Shown: positions 38,993 through 48,677, numbered from the stretch's first letter. The stretch is 64,000 nucleotides of DNA from Nitrospirota bacterium (GCA_963754875.1 CAVWHO010000008.1:256001-320000); one strand, 5' to 3'. Numbers and translations: made by a program. Notes: generated by a model not told the origin, from the sequence alone.

Positions 38993-39053
38993 ATATATAC
39001 TCCGCTCTTATCCAGTCTTTCTCCGTTCAGGTCGCCCTGGACAATGCCCTTGA

Positions 39054-39698
39054 CTACGATCTGAGCCCGTTCAGCCATTGAGCCCACTGGTCGATCCCTG
39101 CGCCGGTGGCGCAGGAGACTTCGAAGACCTTCAGTTTCGGATTGAGTGCCAAAGAATCGTTCCGCATCTTGTTAATGTCCGTGTTCATGTACGGCAGGAG
39201 GTCGACCTTGTTCAGGACCAGGGCCGAGGATTCCCGGAACATGAGCGGGTACTTGAGCGGCTTGTCGTGCCCCTCGGCCACGGACAGGACCATCATCTTC
39301 ACGTCTTCGCCGACCTTGAATTCGGCCGGGCAGACAAGGTTCCCCACATTCTCGATGATGAGGAGATCGAGGTCTTTAAGCGGCATCTCGTCCAGCACTC
39401 CACTAATCATGTTCGCGTCCAAATGGCAGGCGCCGCCCGTATTGATCTGGACCACCGGGATGTCGAGGGCGCTGATCCTCTCGGCATCGTCCGTGCCCAC
39501 GATGTCCCCTTCGATCACGCCGATCTTGATAAGGGGTTTCAGGGCCTTAATCGTACGCTCGAGGAGCGTGGTCTTCCCTGCTCCGGGCGCGCCCATGAGG
39601 TTGACGACGTAGACACCGGCTTCGTCAAACCGTTTCCGGTTCTCTTCGGCGATCCGGTCGTTGGCTTCGAGGATGCGCGTGACTACCTTAACTTTCAT
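39054..39698 (-). CDS. hypB: Hydrogenase nickel-incorporation GTPase HypB
   Basis: GAGKTT, CHLDA, ENVGNLVCP, KPLKYP. Confidence 0.97.
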   Translation of the reverse strand: MKVKVVTRILEANDRIAEENRKRFDEAGVYVVNLMGAPGAGKTTLLERTIKALKPLIKIGVIEGDIVGTDDAERISALDIPVVQINTGGACHLDANMISGVLDEMPLKDLDLLIIENVGNLVCPAEFKVGEDVKMMVLSVAEGHDKPLKYPLMFRESSALVLNKVDLLPYMNTDINKMRNDSLALNPKLKVFEVSCATGAGIDQWAQWLNGLRS

Positions 39699-39831
39699 GC
39701 AATCCCTTTCTTTAAAAGAAAAGCTAAAACCGGTCTCTCGCGGAGGCGCGGAGATCGCGGAGAAAGACCATCCTGCGTTGATTTAAGATGATAACTCTGC
39801 GCCTTCTGCGTCCTCTGCGGTGAAAAAATTA

Positions 39832-40374
39832 TCAGTTCGTCTCCATATCGAGGATTTCCATCTCGCGGCCCTGGGTGATCTCGTAGGACGTGGAGCCGCA
39901 ATGGGGACAGGACAGCACGTATTGGGCGTTGTCCGGCGCTTCAAACTCTTTTTTGCAATCTTTGCAGGTTCCCCCTACAGGCACGGTCTCGATCACGAGC
40001 TTTGCGTTCTTTGCTATGGTCGTGTCCTTGGACGCGTCAAAGGCGAAGACCAGGGCTTCGGGCAGGATGCCTGCGGCACGGCCGATCCGGAGCCTTATGG
40101 AGTCCACGGAGTTTATCCCTTCTTCCATGCATTTTGCCTGGACAATATCGATAATGCTCAAGGCTATGGATGCTTCGTGCATGATTTCTCCTGATTCGAG
40201 GCGTTCTTTTTCGAGCTTCTGGATCGCGAAGCCGGCATGGACCAGGACATAGTCCCCGATCCGCGGCTCTTCAGCAAGCAGCATGAGGCTTACCTGCCTC
40301 CTGGCGCCGAACACGTCGATGGTGGCAGTGAGATCTTCTATACTGATGACCCGTGAGGGAATGGCGAGGCACAT
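39832..40374 (-). CDS. hypC-hypA: HypC-HypA in-frame fusion protein
   Basis: MCLAIP...YVLVHAGFAI (HypC) continues without a stop into MHEASIA...CKDC...CPHC...GREM (HypA). Confidence 0.88.
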   Translation of the reverse strand: MCLAIPSRVISIEDLTATIDVFGARRQVSLMLLAEEPRIGDYVLVHAGFAIQKLEKERLESGEIMHEASIALSIIDIVQAKCMEEGINSVDSIRLRIGRAAGILPEALVFAFDASKDTTIAKNAKLVIETVPVGGTCKDCKKEFEAPDNAQYVLSCPHCGSTSYEITQGREMEILDMETN

Positions 40375-40645
40375 GGGGCGATCCTGTCTTAAAACATGTT
40401 AATCGGAACAAAGATGCGGGACGTTGGAATATCCCACAGAATACCGGTTGTGTCAAGTCTTGTATGGGTTTTCGTCAGAGGTGAACTCAGTTAAATGGAA
40501 CGAGCATAACACTTAAAATCCATAAGGGGAAAGGGAGAAATTGAAATGCGAAAGGGGGAAAGAAGCTATTAGCTTTCTCCCCATTTCTCCATCTTTTTCC
40601 CCCATTTCTCCTGAGAGGTTTTTAATTAAGATCACTTGTGCAGTT

Positions 40646-41152
40646 TCACAGTGCCTGGATTTTTTTCAGCTCTTCGAAGATCAGCTCTTTGACCTTCGGG
40701 ATCACGGCCTTGACCGGCTCGGTGAGCTCCAAAGACCAGTTGGACACGTCTTTGGGCTGGACAGCGATGATGACGGTCTTGGGCTTGCTCCCGGTAAGCT
40801 CTGCCATATTAAGGACGTCGATCAGGCTGATCTGGTGGAGCGATACCATCTGCTCTTTGGTGTACTGCAGGTCTTCCGGACTGAAGCGAAAGATGGACCC
40901 GGGCGTGTCTTTGGCATCGACCACGTCGATGATGATGAGGTGGTCGATTTCATGCAGCAGCGGGATGAGCTGGTGGCTTACGGTCCCGGCTTCGAGTATC
41001 TGGACGTTCGGGGGAAAGGGGGTATCCGCGAGGGAGTTGATCAGGTGTACGCCAAAACCGTCATCACCAAGCAGGAGATTGCCGACGCCTAAGAGTAAAA
41101 CTTTTCGGGGAGGCGCGGTAACGCCTCCCCGGAGCTGTTCTTCTTTCTTCAT
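40646..41152 (-). CDS. Hydrogenase maturation endopeptidase (HyaD/HybD family)
   Basis: GVGNLLLGDDGFG, SLHQ. Confidence 0.93.
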   Translation of the reverse strand: MKKEEQLRGGVTAPPRKVLLLGVGNLLLGDDGFGVHLINSLADTPFPPNVQILEAGTVSHQLIPLLHEIDHLIIIDVVDAKDTPGSIFRFSPEDLQYTKEQMVSLHQISLIDVLNMAELTGSKPKTVIIAVQPKDVSNWSLELTEPVKAVIPKVKELIFEELKKIQAL

Positions 41153-41153
41153 C

Positions 41154-41795
41154 TTACTGTTTTTTGAGCTTGTATCCCGTAAAGATCGACGTCAGGGTCT
41201 GGTCTTTGTTGATCATGCTGATCGTGATGGCCAGATACACGTGGATCAACACAAAGATGATGAAGTACCACATGGTGAGGATATGCCATATCCGGGTGTA
41301 CGACTCGCCGCCCAGGAAGTTGCTTACCCACCGGAAGCTGTCCGGGCAGGTGATGAACCCGAAGGCTTTGCCGTGATACAATGCCGCACCGGTCAGGGCC
41401 GTGAAGATGATCGCCAGGCCGGTGAAGAGATAGGCGAGCGCCTGGAGGGGGTTGTATTTCCGGTAGTCTTTGTGCGTCCCCTTGATGAAGAGGTAGTATC
41501 CCAGGACGTCGGGCACGTTCTTTAAGTTCTCGATGATGCTGAAGTCTTTCCAGTCTGCGTCGAAGGTGGACTTGAAGGCCATATAGACCCGTACCACCAG
41601 GCCCAAAACGAGGGCATAGGCCGCGATAAAATGGAAAAACCGCGTCGTGGCCATGATGGTGCTGTCCGGTCCGCCGGCGATGAACGGGGTGTGTATGTAG
41701 ATGCCCGTGAACACCAGTACGGCGATGGCGATGACCCGTATCCAGTGGTCCAGGATATAGCCGAGGCTCCACTCCTTTACCAGTTCTTCTTTCAT
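41154..41795 (-). CDS. [NiFe]-hydrogenase cytochrome b subunit
   Basis: Four transmembrane helices with His ligands (DHW, FHF, WHI, IHVY); KYNPLQ. Confidence 0.93.
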   Translation of the reverse strand: MKEELVKEWSLGYILDHWIRVIAIAVLVFTGIYIHTPFIAGGPDSTIMATTRFFHFIAAYALVLGLVVRVYMAFKSTFDADWKDFSIIENLKNVPDVLGYYLFIKGTHKDYRKYNPLQALAYLFTGLAIIFTALTGAALYHGKAFGFITCPDSFRWVSNFLGGESYTRIWHILTMWYFIIFVLIHVYLAITISMINKDQTLTSIFTGYKLKKQ

Positions 41796-41805
41796 GGCAT
41801 CCTCC

Positions 41806-43398
41806 CTAGGCGACCTTGAAGTCCATGATTCGATTCGACTCCGGATGGATCACGTGTACCGTGCAGGCTAGGCACGGGTCGAAGGAGTGGACCACGCGCA
41901 GGACTTCGAGCGGCTTTTCTGCGTTGGATACCGCCGTGCCCACGAGGGCCTCTTCGATCGGGCCGCGTACGTTGTTGTTGTCGCGCGGGCAGACGTTCCA
42001 GGTCGTGGGAACCACGCACTGGTAGTTCTTGATCTTTTTGCCTGATACGTCGATCCAGTGGCCGAGGGCGCCGCGCGGGGCTTCCCACAACCCGATGCCC
42101 TGGGCTTTGTCCGGGATCTTGTAGTCGTTATAGACCGCGGTGTTGCCTTTCTTGATGTTCTCGATGAGGTCGATGCCCCACTGGTACATGGCATCTGCTA
42201 CCATCTTGCATTCGAGTGCCCGGGCTGCGATCCTGCCGACTATGCCCAGGAGTACCTGGGGCTGTCCGGGATGTCCGATCTTGGCCAACGTGTCGTCGAT
42301 CAGTTTCTTGGCCGTGGGCTGGCCTGAGGCATAGGCCACAAGCATCCTGGCCAGGGCGCCCACTTCCATGGGCTTGCCCGAAAGACGGGGGGCCTTGGCC
42401 CAGGTGTACTTTTTGTTGGAGTCATAGCCGGTGTAGTCCGGCTCCGTCACGCCGATGGCCGGGTTCAAGGGTTTGCCGTCCTTGTACCAGCCGTGAGACG
42501 TGTCTTCGGTGACGTCTTCGGCCTTGGCATCATGGACCTTCGGGAAGTCTGCTGCGAAGATGGCGCCGCGGGGTAACAGCCGCTTCTTGGGATCGAAGGA
42601 CCCGTCTTCGAACACTCCCCAGGACAGGAAGTTTGCATGGCCTTTGCCGACTCCTGCTGCGCCTAAGTAGAACGGGGCGATGGCGAGCAAGTCGGCGATA
42701 AATACGCTGTCGATCCAGTCCTGGAGCTCTTTTACCCGGAAGAGGTAGTTTTTGAGGTCATCGACGGTGGGTACGTGGGTCACGCCGCCGGGAGGGCTCG
42801 TCATGGTCATCGGCATCCTGCCGCCGAAGAGGGCTGATACCTGGGCTGCTTTTGCCTGCATCTCGAGGGCTTCCAGGTAGTGGGCTACGGCCAGGAGATT
42901 TACGTCAGGCGGCAGCTTGTAGGCCGGATGGCCCCAGTAGGCGTTCGCAAAGGGACCTAACTGGCCGGATTCGACAAAGGACTTGACCTTGGCCTGGACT
43001 TTTTTTAACGAGGCCTCTTTGGGATTTGCTTTTAAGGCCGAGACCACGTCTACGTAGTCCAGGGCGTTTAAATGGTAGAACCACAGGATATGGGAATGGA
43101 CGAACTGGGCGCCTTCGATGATGTTCCGGATGATGCGGCCGTTGTCCGGGGGCTTTACTTTGAAGGCGTCGTCCATGCTCATGGAGGAGGCATGGCCGTG
43201 GGAGGTGGGGCATACACCGCAGATGCGCTGGGTGATGTGCCAGGCATCCCGGGGATCTCTGCCCTGGAGGATGAGCTCGAAGCCACGGAACAGTGTTCCC
43301 GTGGTCCAGGCGTCCTTGACCTTGCCGCCTTCGATCTCGACATCGATCCGCAGATGTCCTTCGATTCTTGTCATCGGGTCTATGGTTATTCTGGCCAT
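41806..43398 (-). CDS. Group 1 [NiFe]-hydrogenase large subunit
   Basis: TRIEGH, L1 QRICGVCPTSH, L2 SFDPCLACTVH plus cleavable tail. Confidence 0.96.
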   Translation of the reverse strand: MARITIDPMTRIEGHLRIDVEIEGGKVKDAWTTGTLFRGFELILQGRDPRDAWHITQRICGVCPTSHGHASSMSMDDAFKVKPPDNGRIIRNIIEGAQFVHSHILWFYHLNALDYVDVVSALKANPKEASLKKVQAKVKSFVESGQLGPFANAYWGHPAYKLPPDVNLLAVAHYLEALEMQAKAAQVSALFGGRMPMTMTSPPGGVTHVPTVDDLKNYLFRVKELQDWIDSVFIADLLAIAPFYLGAAGVGKGHANFLSWGVFEDGSFDPKKRLLPRGAIFAADFPKVHDAKAEDVTEDTSHGWYKDGKPLNPAIGVTEPDYTGYDSNKKYTWAKAPRLSGKPMEVGALARMLVAYASGQPTAKKLIDDTLAKIGHPGQPQVLLGIVGRIAARALECKMVADAMYQWGIDLIENIKKGNTAVYNDYKIPDKAQGIGLWEAPRGALGHWIDVSGKKIKNYQCVVPTTWNVCPRDNNNVRGPIEEALVGTAVSNAEKPLEVLRVVHSFDPCLACTVHVIHPESNRIMDFKVA

Positions 43399-44513
43399 TA
43401 TTTCTTACCTCCCTTTTTTTCTTGGGTCCTGCCCGATCCGGCTGTTGCTACCGCATGGATCGCGATGCCGGCTGCCGTGGCTACTGCTGCTACCGCGCCG
43501 ATCTTGTCTGCTCCGGCTTCGACTCCGCCCAGGCCGGGGATCTTGACGCCCGGCAGCGGCTCGTAGAACCCGGCGAACTTGTCGGTCCAGCCACGCTCGG
43601 CGCAGCCGATGCAGGGCCCTCCGGCCTTGATGCACCAGCTCGTCCGGTCGTTGTACTGGATCTTGGGGCAGGCTGAATAGGTCATGGGGCCTTTGCACCC
43701 CATCTTATAGAGGCAGTACCCCAGGGCTTCTTCTTTGGACCCGAACTTCTCGACGAAGCGTCCTCCATCGAAGTGGGCCCGCCGCTCGCAGTTGTCGTGG
43801 ATGGTCTGGCCGTAGAACATCACGGGACGGCCCTGGGAGTCGAGATCGGGGATCTTGCCGAGAAGGAGGAAGTTGACCACCACGCCGACCAGGTACTGGG
43901 GGTTGACCGGGCAGAGGTCCATGTTGATGAGCGGCTTGGTGATCCCTACCCGCTTTAAGGCCTCCCCTGTGCCGATGATCTGGGAGGGGTTCGGCTTGGC
44001 TGCAGGGACGCCGCCGTCCGTGGCGCAGCTGCCGATCGCGATCACGGCGATGGCCGGGGCCGCCATCTCTTTCAAGACGTCGAGCATCTCTTTGTTCCCG
44101 ATCATGCCGTGGCCTTTCTTGGTCGGTACGCCGCCTTCGACGATCAGGATGTAGCCGCCGGCCTTCGCGGACTTGGCCAGGATCTCTTCCGCCTGCTTGC
44201 CTGCCGCTGCCATGATGGTTTCGTTGTAGTCGACGCTTAATATGTCAAGGATGACTTCTGCGGGGCTGGGATAGGTTGCTTTGATGAAGGACTCGGTACA
44301 GCCTGAGTCGGATGCGAAGTTGAGCCAGATGACGGGGGTGCGTTTGGATGCTTTTTCCAAGGCTGCTGCGATCTTGGGTCCGTATAACTCGGATAAACCG
44401 AGCAGTGCTGCTGTTGCACCACAGTATTTTAAAAAATCTCTTCGTTTGATGCCCCGGAACTCGAGAGCATCAAGAAACTGCTTACTCACTTCTTCTTTTT
44501 TACTCATACGCAT
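43398..44513 (-). CDS. Group 1 [NiFe]-hydrogenase small subunit (Tat-exported, C-terminal anchor)
   Basis: KRRDFLK, GSCA, HDNCER, CLYKMGCKGP, CIGC, C-terminal helix with His. Confidence 0.96.
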   Translation of the reverse strand: MRMSKKEEVSKQFLDALEFRGIKRRDFLKYCGATAALLGLSELYGPKIAAALEKASKRTPVIWLNFASDSGCTESFIKATYPSPAEVILDILSVDYNETIMAAAGKQAEEILAKSAKAGGYILIVEGGVPTKKGHGMIGNKEMLDVLKEMAAPAIAVIAIGSCATDGGVPAAKPNPSQIIGTGEALKRVGITKPLINMDLCPVNPQYLVGVVVNFLLLGKIPDLDSQGRPVMFYGQTIHDNCERRAHFDGGRFVEKFGSKEEALGYCLYKMGCKGPMTYSACPKIQYNDRTSWCIKAGGPCIGCAERGWTDKFAGFYEPLPGVKIPGLGGVEAGADKIGAVAAVATAAGIAIHAVATAGSGRTQEKKGGKK

Positions 44514-44618
44514 CCTCCTTTGAATTTACTCTGAAGTCGTATATAGGAATGGCTTGAGATTATTGAAGAAAGAAGCTGCTCTTGTGGCAAAAATCTTCTG
44601 TATATGAGACTGCGCCAA

Positions 44619-44647
44619 AAGTTAGCACAGGGGAATCTGGTTGTCAA
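44619..44647 (-). promoter_or_regulatory. Putative sigma70 promoter of the hydrogenase operon
   Basis: TTGACA-N17-TAACTT. Confidence 0.5.
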
Positions 44648-44934
44648 TCATAAAAATTATATATCTATAAGATTATTTTATTAAGGCCTGTTTAAAATTT
44701 CGCGTCCTAAACTGTATCAGACAGCATTATCCCCGATTTCTTCCCGTATCCACAGCAATATTTTTAGTGAGCGCTCACACCACTCCCGGACATTTTCTTC
44801 AAATGTCGGACAGTTGCCGTAACTTCCAGCATATCGCTGCGGTAAAACCGCTGAAAAAGCTGGACGATTCATCAAGAGTGAAAAGAAATGAAAACCGGGA
44901 AAAGCGCAGGGAGGAAAAAACCGTTAGATACAGG

Positions 44935-44965
44935 AAAAGGCTTGGAGGACATTCTCCAAGCCTTT
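44935..44965. terminator. Hairpin terminator downstream of rhlE
   Basis: AAAAGGCTTGGAG-GACATT-CTCCAAGCCTTT. Confidence 0.65.
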
Positions 44966-45100
44966 CGTATGTTTGAAAGGAAACTGATTTTTCGTGCATC
45001 ATATCTTCACTCAGGTTGATACTGTTTTGTCAGATCCATCCTAAGGGAGAGTTCCTGCTTTCAGTGCTGTTTATTCCTGATTACAACTGCCGGTTTCTTG

Positions 45101-46435
45101 TTAGCGGTGCGTCTTGGGCTTAAAGGTCCGCCTGGGGCCGGGATGCAGAGGTGCGGGAGACGCGCTCCGGTGAGCGGCCCCGTGCTCCGGCTTGGCTCCC
45201 GGGGCCTTCGAACGCGCAGCTGTTGACTTTGCGCCGTGCTCGGGTCTTGCCAGGGTGCGGTGTCGCGGTTCTCGCGGAGGCCGCGCGAACTCCTTGTCCT
45301 TTGCAGGCGCCGGCTTCGAATAATCGAAGCCCTTGACCGTACGCCGCTCGATTTTCTCGCCCATCACGCGTTCAATGCTCCGGACCAAAGGTTCGTCCTC
45401 GTGCGTGACGAAGGTGAAGGCATCGCCGGTCTTCGCTGCCCTGCCCGTACGGCCGATGCGATGCGTGTAGGCGTCGGTCGTATCAGGTATGTCATAGTTG
45501 ATGACGTGGGAAATGGACGAGACATCGATGCCGCGCGCGGCAATGTCGGTCGCAACAAGAATTTGGTAGGTGCCGTCTCGAAACCCGTCAAGTGCGGCCT
45601 GGCGCCGGTTCTGGGAAAGATTCCCCTGGAGGGAAGCTGCTTTGTATCCCGCGTTTTCGAGTTGCTGGCCCAGACGCTTGGCCCGGTGTTTGGTGCGTGT
45701 GAAAATCAGTATCGATTCGGTGTCCGTATGTTTCAGGACCTCAAGAAGGAGCGCTGTCTTCAGGTGCTGTTCTACGGGATAGAGTGCGTGCGCAACGGTG
45801 TTCACCGGCGCCGTATGGCCGACCTGGACCGTGACCGGCTTATGCAATACTTCGTGGGCGAGCTTGCGGATGTCATCCGCCATGGTGGCCGAGAACATGA
45901 GCGTCTGGCGTTTCGCGGGCAGGTGCTTAATGATCCTGCGGACATCTGGCAGGAACCCCATGTCGAACATGCGGTCCGCTTCATCGAGTACCAGGACCTC
46001 GATATGAGAGAGGTCGATCGTTTTCTGGTTGATGTGATCGAGCAGGCGACCCGGGCAGGCCACAACGATCTCAAGGCCTGCGCGGAGCTTCTGGATCTGC
46101 GGGTTCACGTTCACGCCGCCGTAAATGGTGATGCTTTTAAGCTGCGTCTGTCTGCCCAGCTCGCCTATGGACACATGGATCTGCTCGGCGAGCTCGCGCG
46201 TCGGCGCGATGATGAGCGCCCGCACTTTTCCGCGGGGGCCGGTGAGCAGCCGTTCGAGGATAGGCAGCACAAAGGCCGCTGTCTTGCCCGTCCCGGTCTG
46301 GGCCAACCCCATGACGTCATGGCCTTCAAGCACCGGCGGGATCGCTTGTTTCTGTATCGGCGTCGGCGTGTCGTAGCCTTGGGCCTTGACACCGGCGGCG
46401 ATCTGAGGATGAAGCTTGAACGAACTGAAATTCAC
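45101..46435 (-). CDS. rhlE: DEAD-box RNA helicase, RhlE-like
   Basis: Q motif, AQTGTGKT, PTRELA, DEAD, SAT, HRIGRTGR; basic tail. Confidence 0.9.
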   Translation of the reverse strand: MNFSSFKLHPQIAAGVKAQGYDTPTPIQKQAIPPVLEGHDVMGLAQTGTGKTAAFVLPILERLLTGPRGKVRALIIAPTRELAEQIHVSIGELGRQTQLKSITIYGGVNVNPQIQKLRAGLEIVVACPGRLLDHINQKTIDLSHIEVLVLDEADRMFDMGFLPDVRRIIKHLPAKRQTLMFSATMADDIRKLAHEVLHKPVTVQVGHTAPVNTVAHALYPVEQHLKTALLLEVLKHTDTESILIFTRTKHRAKRLGQQLENAGYKAASLQGNLSQNRRQAALDGFRDGTYQILVATDIAARGIDVSSISHVINYDIPDTTDAYTHRIGRTGRAAKTGDAFTFVTHEDEPLVRSIERVMGEKIERRTVKGFDYSKPAPAKDKEFARPPREPRHRTLARPEHGAKSTAARSKAPGAKPEHGAAHRSASPAPLHPGPRRTFKPKTHR

Positions 46436-46502
46436 TTATTACCTTCTTTCTTTGCGACAGCATGATAAGAGCGGCTGGTCCCCTGTCGCCGGGGGTGACC
46501 GC

Positions 46503-46540
46503 AAACAAAAAGGCTATCAGAGATCTTCCACCTGATAGCC
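46503..46540 (-). terminator. Terminator-like hairpin within the rhlE 5' leader
   Basis: GGCTATCAG...CTGATAGCC followed by TTTTTGTTT, about 70 nt before the start codon. Confidence 0.65.
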
Positions 46541-46875
46541 CACCGTCCTGTCTTAAAAACAAGAGAAAGACGTTTTAGCAGCAGGGCCGGATGCAGCCGG
46601 CCCTCTCCAGACCTTGAACAGGATACCACTTATGGAGCCCTAGAGTCAACAGTTTTACTCCACCCGATGAAACCTCCTGTGTTTCAACGGCACCGAAGAC
46701 TCCGCGTGAAAATGTTTTTTTTAAAGCTGCAATCATTGCAAACACGACTCCTCTTCTGCAGCACTTCATGGCAGGTTTTTTCGCCAGATATCCCGTGAGC
46801 GCCGCAAAGAGGATATCATCGTTTGAACAAATTAAAACATGTTCTTATTGCAGATGAATGATGAAGCCGAGGCTA

Positions 46876-47850
46876 TTAGTGTTCCACAGGACTGTTCAAA
46901 CGGACTCTGTTTCGTCCGCTCTTTTTCGCATCATACAGGGCCAGATCGGCGGCATTAATCAATTGTTCCTTGGTATTGATAGCCGGGTCCGGGATGTCGG
47001 CAATGCCGATACTGATGGTGATTTTTTTATCGGCTACGCTTTGGAATAATTGTCCTGCCATACTTTTCCGAATTCGGTCTGCTACGACCAAAGCGTTGTT
47101 TTTCGAAGTATTCGGGCTCATAATAATAAACTCCTCGCCGCCCCAGCGTGCAACCGTGTCTACATCGCGGATACTGTTCTGAATAATCTTTACCGTTTCA
47201 CGGAGAACGCCGTCTCCCACCGCGTGCCCGAATGCATCGTTCACTTTTTTAAAATGATCAATATCCAGCATCAGACAGCTCAGCGGGAGATTATATCGAA
47301 TAGATCGTTTGAATTCTTTATCGATGACAGCTTCAAACCGCCGCCTGTTAAAGAGGCCTGTCAAGGGGTCTACATTCGCAAGCGTTTCAACCCGCGTGAG
47401 CATTTCCCTCAGTTGACGGGTCGTTTGCTTAAGATCATCCCACTCAGTTTTCGTCCTTAGTCTGGCATTGATCACGGCACTCAACTCGTCTTCATCACAG
47501 GGTTCAGGGATGTAATCATCTGCACCCGCCCTTAAGCCAACAACTTTGTCTGACGTGGTACTCTTATTGGTGAGCATGATAATCGGGATACCGCTCGTTT
47601 CACTGTTATTTTTCAGACTTCGGCAAATATGAATGCCGTCAATACCGGAAATATGGCGTGCAAGGAGAATGACATCCGGGCTGTGTTTCTCGACGGCAGA
47701 GAAAACCGACGTTGCATCCTCTACGTGGATCACCTCATGTCCGTTATTCTCCAAATAATCCATCATAATGCTCGCCTGGGTCATGTTATCTTCGGCAAGA
47801 AGAACTTTTGCCATACTGCTATTTTTTTTCCCTATACTCTCATATTCCAT
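46876..47850 (-). CDS. Diguanylate cyclase with receiver-like domain
   Basis: DIDHFKKVND, I-site RDVD, GGEEF; N-terminal REC fold. Confidence 0.93.
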   Translation of the reverse strand: MEYESIGKKNSSMAKVLLAEDNMTQASIMMDYLENNGHEVIHVEDATSVFSAVEKHSPDVILLARHISGIDGIHICRSLKNNSETSGIPIIMLTNKSTTSDKVVGLRAGADDYIPEPCDEDELSAVINARLRTKTEWDDLKQTTRQLREMLTRVETLANVDPLTGLFNRRRFEAVIDKEFKRSIRYNLPLSCLMLDIDHFKKVNDAFGHAVGDGVLRETVKIIQNSIRDVDTVARWGGEEFIIMSPNTSKNNALVVADRIRKSMAGQLFQSVADKKITISIGIADIPDPAINTKEQLINAADLALYDAKKSGRNRVRLNSPVEH

Positions 47851-47906
47851 ACATATTCCTCCATGTTACTGTATATCACATTATCACATTTGGATGCAGA
47901 TTTTTA

Positions 47907-48593
47907 CTAAAAAGTAATTGAGTCAAATTCGGGTTTGAGAAGAATAAATTTGCTTTTGAGAATTTCTATCTCACCGCTCTTTTGCCACTTATCCAATATT
48001 CTTGTAACCGTTTCCCGTGTCAGACCGGTCATATCGGCTATGTTCTGATGAATAAGTTTTATCTTCAAGATAGTGCCTTCTGCTTTTTTTTCTCCATAGG
48101 ATTCTGAAAGCAAAAGGAAAAGCATCTTTATTCTCTGAGCGGCATTATTAAAATTCAGCAGTTGAATTTTTTGCATGCCTTCGCGGATTCGAGCGCAGAG
48201 TATCTGAAGCAAGTTTTCAAGCACTTTATTTTCGCTGAACAACAAATCATAAAAAAACTTCTTCGAGATTATTGCTGTGACAGAGTCCTTCGTTGCACAC
48301 ACGGTAGCAGGCGCAGTTTTACCGTCAATCATCGTAAGCTCGCCGAAAAAATCGCCTGCCTGATGCATGGTGATAATTATTTCTTTCCCTTCATCGGTTG
48401 TCTGAACAACCTTAGCCTCTCCGTCAAGTATGATATACATGAAATCATTGGTGTTCTTTTCATAGAGAATTATTTCATTTTTGGAGAAGCTGCGAATAAC
48501 GACTTTCCTTCGTATCCGATGCAGTTCTTCAGAAGTCAGTGAAGAAAACAGCGAGGTCTGTTTCAGGGACTCGATTCCGTATTCTTTCTTCAC
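47907..48593 (-). CDS. Crp/Fnr-family transcriptional regulator
   Basis: cNMP-binding domain (FFGE) and helix-turn-helix GLTRETVTR; start uncertain (GTG 48593 or 48626). Confidence 0.9.
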   Translation of the reverse strand: MKKEYGIESLKQTSLFSSLTSEELHRIRRKVVIRSFSKNEIILYEKNTNDFMYIILDGEAKVVQTTDEGKEIIITMHQAGDFFGELTMIDGKTAPATVCATKDSVTAIISKKFFYDLLFSENKVLENLLQILCARIREGMQKIQLLNFNNAAQRIKMLFLLLSESYGEKKAEGTILKIKLIHQNIADMTGLTRETVTRILDKWQKSGEIEILKSKFILLKPEFDSITF

Positions 48594-48648
48594 TTTTCCG
48601 TTTCCTCCCCTGTGAGGGTGGCTCACTTCTCTGTTTCTCTGATTCGCA

Positions 48649-48677
48649 TTGACAAGATTTTATCGTTTCTATATACT
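48649..48677 (+). promoter_or_regulatory. sigma70 promoter
   Basis: TTGACA-N17-TATACT. Confidence 0.78.

Noticed and set aside
40525..40612. Purine tract followed by pyrimidine tract between the protease gene and hypC
   Set aside because: Low-complexity imperfect inverted repeat with no assignable function.
41806..41900. Selenocysteine-containing [NiFeSe] hydrogenase
   Set aside because: The L2 motif is DPCLAC with ordinary Cys codons and no in-frame TGA.
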